A DNA stretch of 64,000 bases, from contig OZ024740.1 in NCBI GenBank assembly GCA_964016885.1, forward strand, positions 186,992,001 to 187,056,000. The letters are read 5' to 3'. The DNA comes from Eledone cirrhosa (Eukaryota). A program made the translations under genes and the position numbers. The notes below the pieces were generated by a model, which saw only the letters and a list, made by a program, of their open reading frames with translations, had not been told where the DNA came from and ran no database searches. Below, piece by piece: positions 12,862 through 23,817 of the stretch; position 1 is the stretch's first letter, and each line of letters begins with the position of its first letter.

Positions 12862-15800
12862 TTTATTAGTATGTACATTTTAGATGCTATTCGTTAACCA
12901 GTTTGAGCATGCAATACCAATATGGACCCAGTTGCCAATGTGGTCTCCTTAAGAAGCAGAGTGTTAATAATAATAATAATCCTGCTCCTTATTATTATTA
13001 TTATTGTGTGTGTGCGTATGTATGTGTGCATTTGTATGTGTGTCACTTAGAGATAGCTGTTCTGATTTGACATATAGCAACATGTTATTATGAGGATTAT
13101 ATACTACCTCCATTGGCCATGGGTTCAGCTCAACTCTCTAATATATATATTACTGAAAGACTAATCTATACAATACACATTGGATACTTAAAAGTAGATT
13201 TATTGTCTAAAATATTTTGAAACACCAAACTTTGTTCATTGATTAGCATTGTTTTACTAGAAAATGCAACTCTGGCACTAGTGACATGATGAAATTAACT
13301 ATATTTTATGAATAATAATGCCATGAGGTTGTGTTATTTCCTAATACAGGCTTTGCTTAAATATTGTATGTCTTCCACTATCATAAAACAGGACCTGTAT
13401 ATTAGATTTTTCTCTCAGATATTGAAATATTTTTCCAAATAGAAATTGATTAATCCATAGAATTCAAATGAGAGAACATGTGCTTCTTCAACTCCCTACA
13501 TTCTTAGATTTATTGATTAATATGCTTTTGATCAGGAGTAAGCATCTAGTCATTTGAGAGCCTAATCTTACACACATATTGCTTGTCTCTTTTTAATAAT
13601 TCTGACTTGAACTTAATATCAAAGTAGAGCAAAAGCAGAGGAAGGGAGAAATACCCTCTTTTTCTTTCTACTTCCTAGAATTATTTTGTAAACATTGCTT
13701 CAAATTAGTGATAATGTTGTCTTTTATAGGACATAGTTTGTTAATGGGCAGCGTTCTAACATGAAAACAATTGATAATCTATCTAAAATATAATCACGAC
13801 AAGCAAACAATGTCAAGTTAAGAAAAGTTCTGTTTGAAAACGTTGAAAATGTTACATTCTATTGAAACGTTCAGAAATTTTTTTTAAAGGATTTTAATTT
13901 TAACTTTGATGATCAACTTAATTACAAATGAATCTTGTCTTGTTTAAGTTGGTATCATGTTTCATATCAAAGTCTTTGTTCAAAGAATTTTTTCAAACTC
14001 TAAAATTGCTAGCTCTGTTTTGTTTTTTTCTCCTTCAATAAAATCACTCTGGAGCTAATATAACATGCCTCCATCCATAACCGACAAAATTTATTTTGTA
14101 ACCTTAAAACAAGCTTTTTCTCATGAATTTTGCAACATTTATGAAGTTCGTCTTAATTAATGTTGTATGATTTTGGTTATCTTAGTGACAATCATTATTT
14201 CAATGATGTTTTCTGATTAATATGACTTATTAACCCCTCTAACCTGGTGTTTCCCAGTAGTTTGACCTTTCTTTCACTTTGCTTTCTGCTGTGGAAAATT
14301 ACCAAGCATTTTAAGTGGTGTTTAACACATGAATTTAGCTGCTTGTGTCATAGGAATTAATAACAAGAAATTATATATTTGGCAATGATTTTATAGGAAT
14401 CAGCTCTCACTTAGATTGATAGCTGTCAAACGTCAATAACATTCTAGACAACTGATTAATGGTATTATAGTTTATACTTTTACAATATAGTTCTTAGAAT
14501 TCACCAATGACGTTCTACCATGAAAGTAATGTATTCTTAGATTAATTTTTTAAAAACCAAAATATTGTCTACAATTGGTATTTTATAGAATGTGTCTAGA
14601 GAGTAAAAACAAGCGATATTTTTATTTGTTATTTTTATTTTGTACTTTTATAATAACAGATAAATAGGAAGGAAAGAAAATAAGTTGTCTTGAGAATTTT
14701 GTTTCACTGTATTTTATATTTATTTTTTCTTGCTATTATAGAATACAACAATTCCAAGAATTTAGATATTTGCTTCACTATTTCTAGAAACTATTTTTCA
14801 CCAATGTTTCTTTCTCATATTTAAAAGAAATTGATGTCAGCTATATGTTTGTTTAATAGGTCTGTTTTAAAAAGCTTATTCAGAAAAATAAAGGCAGCAC
14901 CTATAGCTTTATACAGGGCCAATATTATTGGTGTGGTGAAGGGGGAAAGGGTCTTTTGGTGACTCTTAGGTTATCCTCATGTCTGGAAACATGGCCCAAA
15001 TGTTTGTAATACAATAGAGTAGACTCTTTTAAAGTCACCAAAAATAGGTACAGCCCATCAGAATGGCTTCTTCTCAGTCTCTGTCTAACCAATTTAACTC
15101 ACAAGCTTATGTTGATCCATGGCTATGTTAGAAGACATTTATCAATGTCGCCATGCAATGGAGTTGAACCCAGAATAATGTGAGTGCAAAGCAAGCATCT
15201 AAGCCTCATTACCAGGCATGTGGCCAAATAAATATAACAAGTAATATAGGGTGCCTTGTTCAAGAGTACACAATGTAGTGCTTAATATATCATTAAATCA
15301 GCCTTTTTCAACACTGTAAGCAAAGCAATTAAGGGTTCCAAATGCACAACATAACTATAATAACAGTTGATCACGATAGAAAATTGGGTAAATTATGCTT
15401 AGAGATGGGAAAAAGTGGACAGAGGTGCATTTGGGACTCTCACATTTTCTCATTTTAAACATTTCTAGTGCTTCAATAATTCATAAGGTTTAAAGAAAAT
15501 AAGATTTTTCTTTGTGTGTTCAGATGTAAATAGGTATTAAATGCGTTTACTACCATTAGTATTTTACATTTATTTTTCATGTGCATGGTTTAGAGTATGT
15601 TGTCATGATCTGAGCCAGCTTTTAGATAGGCCACATCTCATTCACATTAATTACAAACAAATTTGATAAATCTTTGACTTTAATTAAAAGAAGCACAATG
15701 AAAGAAAATTGGTTTGAAATTAAAAGAGCTAGCATACATAAATAAAATGATAATAATAATAATAATGTTTATTATCATCATCACTGCCACTACCATTACT

Positions 15801-15879
15801 GTTACCACCACAACTGTAGTACTGATATTGATGGTGTTGATGGCATGTTGGTAATAGTGTTGATAATGATTATGATAAA

Positions 15880-17957
15880 GACATGCTTTAGCCTAGCGAG
15901 TCAAGATATACAGAGACTGTGTCTTAATAAAAACACCAGTGGGGAGAAGAAAGGGCCCACAAACCACTCTCATGCAATCATGATGGAAAACAAAAATGAA
16001 ATAGTTAATGATATGAAAGAGGCTAGAACCAATCACAGTGAAGGTCCCTTACCCAACATATTTGGAGCTCCCAGCAACTGGGAAAATGATCTGGCTCTGG
16101 ACAGTCATTACCAAGCAACAGATCACACACAAAATGTGTGCACAGCTAGACACAAATGGATGAAAGAAGAGTACACTTCACTGATTGAATGTCATGAAAG
16201 AGAAAAACTGGAAGGAAGTCATGGAGTAGGATGACACACTGTGTACTTTTGGATAGAAAAGAGCTTGTTTGAGATGTCTGAAAGTAAACTAATGAATCAA
16301 ATGAGGGTTATTAGGAGAAAAGGCTGGTTAACTGAGGTAGAAATATCTCAGATTAGTGAACATTTAAAGGAACCTGCAGATAAACAACAAAGGGAAGTTA
16401 GAGCAGAAGCTGAAGCTGTCTCTACAGTTGAATACAGAGAGAAAAATGGGCAGTAGCAGTAGGGAAACTGTGATAAAACTGTTAGGGTTGCTGAAGAGGA
16501 ATGTTATACATTGAACTCTGGTATGGCTGAGCATCAGAATGATGATGCAAGGGGAGGAAGTCACTTGAATGATGAATCGCGTGAGTTATGTAAATGGCAT
16601 ATGGATTTGATGAATACCCCAGTAGAAAGAATTCCAATGAATATGAAAAGAGTAAATAGAAGGATGACAACTGAAATTACAAAAAAGATAAGTGTTGTCA
16701 TACACCACATCCAGACAGAAGACATATCACAAAAAAGGAACCTTATCCAAGCTGTTGTACTGCTTGTAGAGGACCAAATGTGACACTAAGTAGAGTAAGT
16801 CAAAAGAACTATGGTGGAAATGACACATTGAAAATGCCATAATGTAGTTAAAGCAGGATCTACATAAAATTGAGGAATGGTTTAGTGGAAAACTAATTTT
16901 CTGGGAGAAGAAGAAATTAAAAGAGGTATCTTCCAAGGGATTCATTCTCACCATTACTATTTGTTATAGCACTGATACCTATAACACTCATACTCAGAAA
17001 AATAAAAATAGGCTACCAATGTGGAAAGCAAGGGTCATTCATAAACCGCCTTTTGCTTATGGATGACCTGAAACTGTCTGGGAACTCTGAAAACAAAATA
17101 GACTCATTGGTTAAAACAGTCCAGATATGTAGCAGTGATACCTGTATGGAATTTGGTTTTTCCATATCATCTGTATTCAACATTAAAAGAAGGAAGAAAG
17201 CAGCTTGTAGGGGATTATGACTGCCATTGGGAGAAACCAGAGAACCAGAAGATAGTGGCTATAAATATTTGGAATCTTAGAGCTAGATAATATTTTGCAC
17301 ATAGAAAAGAAATAAAAAGTTAGAAGGAGTAAAAATTATTTTAAAACCAACTTGAATGCAAAATAGCTGGTCACTACTTTGAATATCTGGGCAGTTGCAA
17401 TGGTTACACATAGTGCACCCATTCTCAGATGAACTGAAGAAAAAATATCAAAATTAGATAGAAAGACGAAAATGTTAATGTCATTATAAGGACCTTTGCA
17501 CCCTAAAGCAAATATTAACAGATTATACACGAAGAAAATAAATGGTGAAAGAAGCCTCATAAGTGTGGATCATTGTATAAGGAGTGAAAGGAGAATGCTT
17601 GTAGAATATTTGGTAAACAGTGAGGAAGAGTTGTTGCAATATGCCACAGAAGATAGGGGTATAAATGCAGTAGAAACGGTTGGAAAGGAAGAATTTAATC
17701 AAAGAGCTGAAGAGAAAATAAAAGATCTACGAATGAGAATGCATGGTCAGTTTGAAAGAAATACACAGGATATCAAAGATAAAACATTATCGTGAACATG
17801 GTTTAAGCAATCTGAGTTGAAATGTGCCACTGAAAGCCATATAGTTGCAGCACATGACCAAGCTCTTGCTATCGATTCAGTGAAGTATAATATCTATAAA
17901 ACTTCTGACACCCAGAAACACAGGATCGCTAGAAAGAATGTGAAAAATATGACAAAG
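15880..17957 (+). mobile_element. Old, internally deleted R4/Dong-clade LINE (Dong-1)
   Basis: RHKWMKEEYTSLIECH (R4-like N-terminus), ELWWK motif at about 16805, LLMDDLKL RT motif at about 17050, HPKANINRLY, MHGQF; many stops; cut at 17958. Confidence 0.85.
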
Positions 17958-18209
17958 CAATAATAATGATTTCTTTATTAACCACAAGGGTTTACATAAA
18001 GTAGACATTAAGGACAGTACAGGACAATACAGGACGGTACAAATGGGCATTTCTGCGTGTAAAAAAAACAGAGGATGTAATAAAATAACAAAGAAAAATT
18101 CCCCAATAGGGGGGAGACTTCCGAGGGACATTTGTGGAGAAAGCCCATTAAAAGACCACAGTGACCCTGACCACCAGGGCAAGTGCCCTCTCCCAGTTTT
18201 CCACCTTTA

Positions 18210-21200
18210 ATTTACAGACACATACTCAGAGTAGGCCCATTCACTCGGGCCATACTTGCTTCTCTCACCCATCTTTCAGCAAAATGCTGGGAAGAGAGCA
18301 CTTCCCTCTCTACCCTGATTTTCCTTTTCAAATGAAATTGGAAAAAGTTAATCAGGGCATCACCGAAGAGCTAAATGCTCGTCTTCAGCCCTTTCAAACG
18401 TGTCCACCATACTATCTCTTTCGCCATGGTCACCAGACAGATAAAAACTGCCTGCCCTTCCCGGTTAAAGGAGGAGGGCGGGGCAATCCTCACGATGGAC
18501 TCAGCTGATAGCTGGATCCGTCCTACACGTGACAGCAGGTGTTCGACATAAACCCACAAGTCAGCAATGCTCGGACACTGGACGAGTGCGTGCAGGACGG
18601 TTTCGTCACCCTGTGCGCATCTCACACATGCGCGGCTGACGGCACCTCCATGCCTGTAGAGTTTATCCAGAACTGGCAAAGCTCCTCGGTAGCACTGCCA
18701 GGCCAGGGATTTCTGGAAGTTGTCCATAGGCCCCGGCCCGAAAGTCCTTCCGAAGAGATTGGCTAGTTGATTTTCGTCGACGCCTAGAGTTTCTCCAAGT
18801 ACGTCGTCGACCTTCCCCTCCACTAATCCTCTATAGAACGCCAAGGTGGAGTTTCCAGCGATCACATTGCCCGATTGGTCGAGAGCTGTGAGCGCCTGAA
18901 GACATTCCAGTCTCCAAGCGCTCCCTCCCGGTCTTCACTTGACCCAGGACTGCAGCTCCGTCAAGGAGACGAGCTGGGGAAAGACGTGTCTAGAAAACGG
19001 CGACCACACCTGATCACCGTCGAGGAAGAGGTGGAGATCTCGTAGCCTGGACGCGTGTCTGCGCATCATCAGCCACGGCATGCCCAACCCTCCACGTAGC
19101 AGGTGTTGACAGCAGATGGACCGCCTGACCATCGGAGCGCGTCCCTTCCACAAAAAGCCAAAGAGCAAATGATCTAGCGCAGTCAGGCGGGGCTTAGGAC
19201 AAGGTACGACGGTCAGGCGGTAGTAGATGACGGACGCGATGTACGCGTTGGCCACCTCCGCTCGACCTTTCAGGGATAGCTTCCTCTCCGCCCATTTCTG
19301 GGTGAGAGGAGCCACCCTGCTCGTCACCTCGTCCCAGTTTTTGTCCGTCTGGAGGTCCGGACCGAACCAGACCCCTAACAATTTAACTGGCCCGTCCGTC
19401 CAGCGCCCGACGACGCTGTTGGACGGCATGGATCTGCCTCTCCAGGTGCCGAGCCGTCACCGCTTCGTATTCTCTGAGTGTAGTGCCGATCGCCTCGATG
19501 TGTTTGGAGTTCGACACCACTACGGTGACATCGTCCGCATATGCTAACTCAGATCTTCCGCATCCTAGTTCGCGCGGGATCCCCCTCAACGTCTCCAGTT
19601 TGTGCAGTAATGGTTCGAGAGTCAATACGTACAAGAGGGACGAGAGGGGACATCCTTGGCGGACCGAGCGCATGATGTTGAACGGTTCCGAAAGGTGACC
19701 GTTCACTCTCACCACAGAGCAGATGTCGCTGTGCATGGCAACGATCCAGCCTCTGAAGACGGGCCCAAAGCCAGCTGCCAGATAATGATGGTCGACCCTA
19801 TTGAAAGCTTTCGACTGATCTAAATTGATCAAGGACCCACCCGTGCCAGGTTCCCTAGCTAACCTCTCCCGAATGTATCGCATGTGGTGGAGGTTGTCAT
19901 GGATGGATCTGTCGGGAATGACACATGTCTGCGCCTCTCCTACCAGACCACCAACGACAAGCGCCAACCTCTTTGCTAGCACCTTGGCCAAAATCTTGAA
20001 CTCTGTGTTCAGAAGAGTTATGGACCTGAAATTATCTATGTTATCCCTCTTGTTCGGATCCTTTTTCAGCAGCGCCACCGCTCCTCGGCTTACAGAGCTG
20101 GGAATTCTCCCGTTCTGTTGCCAGTTGCAGTAGATGTCCGCCAAGAGGCCTCCGAATAAGTCTGGTATATGTACGTAAAGTTCATAGAGAAGACCACCAA
20201 ACCAGGCGATTTACCCCTTGTGCAGGCAGTCATTGCCTCCCGTACATCAGCGGCTGTTATCAGCTTTTCGCAACACTCCGTCAGTGGCCGAAAGACGCGG
20301 CAGTCCGTCGAGGCAGACACTAAAGTCCATCCCTCGATCCGGCCCGCCGCTGACCCCGAACAGCTGTGCGAAGTGTCGCTGAAAAGCTTCACACATTTGC
20401 CCGGGATCGAGTATCATGCGCCCGTCGTGGTCCACCAAAGATCGGATCGTGGCTTTGTCGCCACGACGCGCCTCCGCCACTCGGGCCCATTGAACGGCTT
20501 TCGTCCCCTCGCGTCTGAGAGCACGCACCCTAGCTCTGACAACGCAGCCTTCGCGCTTTGCATTGAAGAATTGGTCAAGGACCAATTTCGCCGCAAGTAC
20601 GTCGGTTGCGATGCCTTTGCTAAGCGCCTCGTCTAATTTTTCCAACTAATTCTTCCTCTGCTCTATTTTTCTCTATTGCTAAAGCCTTACTAAACCTAAA
20701 TGACTCTATTCTAATTACTCTTTTCAGAGCAAACCACCACTTGTTGTTGACGATGGCCCCCATCAACGCCCGCTTAACTAGTTCGCTAATCCGGTCTCTG
20801 TAGGCCTTGCGCGCTGGTAAGGACGCGTTTAGCTTACAGTAGCCGGGTCCTCGTCTATTATGCCTATCTAAGTCAAGCACACAGATCGCAAATTTGTGGT
20901 CCGTGTAGCTGACTATCTTGAATCGTGGACAGCTTATGCTAGACCTATCTATTTCCCTACAAAATACTCTATCTAGATATGATCTGGATAACCCTATGCG
21001 ATTTGTCCAATTCCACATTGGCACATTCGAGAAATCCAATCGGTACCTGTCAGACAGTTCAAAACGCCTGAGCAGGTTGGTGAGACTCTTGCACCCTCCT
21101 CCCCTATCCGCTAATCCCACACAGTCCCAGCGTGCATCTAAGATCCCGTTCCAGTCGCCCACTAACACTACAGAGCGGGACGTTCCAAGAAAGGTCTCCA

Positions 21201-21574
21201 GACGCCGGAAGAAATCAGGCCGCCCTGCTCCTGTCGGGGCATAGACGGCCACTAGCCTGAAAGCTTGCCCGTCTCCGCTGGTCACGTCCAGCACCACCAG
21301 CTTACCTTCTGGGTCCAGGAAGATGGCCCGTATGGCGAGATCCAAACCTCTCCAAAAAAGCACAGCAACTCCTCCCCGATTCCGGACGGCTGGGAGATGC
21401 GTACACATCGTAGCCGCCGAAAATCGGTGCGAAGGCCCGTGCTTCAGAGATTCTGGTCTCGCTGATGGCCACTACATCTATGTTTAGTGACTTGAGGTCG
21501 TTGAGCAGGTGGCCCTGCTTCCATGACGACCCCAAGCCACGCGCATTTATGCTGCCTATTCTGAGTGAGGTCAT
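18210..21574 (-). pseudogene. Tx1-A ORF2 (APE endonuclease, RT, C-terminal zinc finger), frameshifted
   Basis: MTSLRIGSINARGLG, AVYAP, GDWN, SYLDR, YTDHK; RQGCPLS...AYADD; LSLKGRAEVAN; CVRCAQGDETVLHALVQC. Confidence 0.92.
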
Positions 21575-21609
21575 GTTGAAATGGAGTGGAATAGATGGGA
21601 AAGACCACT

Positions 21610-23568
21610 TACCTTACTTCTCGTAGAGGAAGGACGGTTTCTCCATCCTTTTCACTGCTTGTGACCTCCTCAGGAAGGATGTCCTTATAAATCCTCCTGG
21701 AGAGGGCTTGTCGGAAGTCTCAGATGTCTTTGGGGAATTTTTGTTTTAGTGTCATGTACGTTTTCTGTGTGATGCGAATGATTTGTATGTGTGGAGGTGG
21801 TGTGAACTTTTGGGTTGTTGTGTAGTCTTTTTCTGTGATGCTGGTGTTGTTTGATGTAGTGTAATAATTGGTTGTTGTTCAAATTTAATGCTGTGTAGTG
21901 TGTATCGTTTTGGTTGTTTTGTTTTGTTTGTGTTTGTTGTGGGTTTGTTACTGTTTCGCTTTTTGGTGACTTTTATGGTGTAGGTGATGGTGGTGTCGGG
22001 GTTAATGATGGTGTTGGTGTTTGGGGTGATGGGGTTCGTGATGCTGGTGTGGATGGCGGCATATCTGTCCTAACTTTTTTGTTTGATAGTTTATTTGTTT
22101 CCCTCTGTATTTTGTTTTTGGAGGGGGAAGGAAGAGAATTTTTTCTTTTTTGGTTTCTTTTTTTTCTTTTTTCCTGATACCGTTTCCCACTCCTCGTCGT
22201 CACTATCTGTCTCCAGTTGTGATAGGCCGGGGAGTAGAAAATCCTCCACAGGCGTTAGTTTTGGTTATGGCGTGGTGGATGGTGTAGGCGCTGGTGCTAT
22301 TTCTGGCGCGTTGGGTGGTGGTGGTGTTGGTTTTGCTACTGTTGCTGTTACAGTTGCTTCTGTTGTTGCTGCTACAGTTGTTGCTGCCACCTCTGCTGCT
22401 GGTGGTGTTGATGGTTGAGTCACTGGGGTGGGTAGGAGAGGTGGCCTCAACCTTTTAGCCTGAGGGCAGAAAGCCCTTAGGTGGGTTCCTTCATCACAAA
22501 CGACACACCTAGGCCTTCTGCCCTCGACAATTACGGTGAGGTGGCTGCCGTCAGTAAGGTCTATTACCTCTGGGATCTCCTCAATGCTTTTTTGGTCCGC
22601 TTGGATCAGGAGCTCCATCCCAGATCCGGACCAGTTCTCCTGTTTTTCTTTCGCTATTTCGATTATCTTGGTGTTGGCTTTGATGCCGGCGAGGACGGCA
22701 GCTATTAGCCAGGGAATTTCGATGGCCGGTGGAACGTGGGTCACCCTGATCTTTACGAGTCTCTGGCCACAATAGCTTGGGACGAGTGTGAAGTCGTCAC
22801 TTCTGAATGGGGCCATGGAGTGTTCTTTAGCCTCCTGTGGTATTTCAAAGAACACGTCCACGGTTCCATACTTCTGCCCACGTCTGATGTGGGTTTTTTT
22901 TTGCCCACACATGTCCCAAAGCTTTTTGGATTTGGGACTCGGATGCCCGTTCCATTCGGCGCGATTTTATATTAATTGTTCGATAAGACACGATGCATAG
23001 GCACCGATGCTCCATTTTATTAGGTGTGCGTGTGGGGGGGGGGGGGGGGGGCTGATCCCGTACCCATCTTTCTTTACCATTTTTTTGGCTGCTTCTAATT
23101 TCTCCTGAGTTACCTGAAATGCTTCGCACTGTTTTGCTACTCTGGCAAAACTCAGGGTGGTTTTCTTAATGCCATTGTTGCTGTTGTTTTTATTGTTATT
23201 TTTGTTATTATTAATTTTAGTTTCAGTTGTGGTGGTGGTGGCGTCAGTGGTGTTCGGTGTGGAAGAGTTAATTTTGGTTGAATTCATTTCGATATCAAAA
23301 GTTAATTATTTTTCTTTTGTTTCTGTTGTCGCGGTGGTGTTGGTGTTGGTAGGGAGGGGGTTGTCGCAGTGGTGGTGGTGGTGGTGGTGGTGGCGGCTTT
23401 AACACCTGCAGTCATTGGTAATGGCGGGAAATGAATGTCTGCCTGAGACAAATTAAAAATATTGCTAGTGCTTATATTTTTAGTGTTGGCAAACGTAGTA
23501 ATATTTACAATGGTGGTGTCGGTGTGAGGTGTTAGTTTGTGAGAAAGAAGTGACTCTGAGTCAGACAT
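21610..23568 (-). pseudogene. Tx1-A ORF1 (gag-like, CCHC zinc knuckle), disrupted
   Basis: ORF pieces 23302-23568, 22967-23287, 22265-22912 (VEGRRPRCVVCDEGTHLRAFC) and 21973-22203; Pro/Thr-rich C-terminus. Confidence 0.8.
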
Positions 23569-23774
23569 GATTTTTCAAAGAAAAATTTTTGTTTGATAAT
23601 TATAAAAGTTTAAATTTTGGGCTCATGGCCCCAATCTTTTTGGATGTACTTTTCAGATAACAATGTATGTGCACAGTTAACAATAAAAATGTTCCATGAA
23701 TGGCAATTTTAAACAACTGAAAATAACAAACCTTTGCGGAGCTCACGATGATACGATTTACTACGTAGGTCGCC

Positions 23775-23813
<39 letters not shown>
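23775..23813 (+). repeat. (AAT)13 microsatellite at the Tx1-A/Dong-2 junction
   Basis: Direct reading. Confidence 0.98.

Positions 23814-23817
<4 letters not shown>

Larger units (their letters stand above)
17968..23774 (-). mobile_element. Full-length Tx1/L1-clade LINE (Tx1-A), ~5.8 kb, flanked by (AAT)n
   Basis: ORF1 with CCHC knuckle, ORF2 APE-RT-zinc finger, AATAAA near the 3' end followed by (ATT)3; 5' end GGCGACCTACG follows (ATT)13; candidate TSD CAATAATAAT at 17958 and 23774. Confidence 0.93.
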
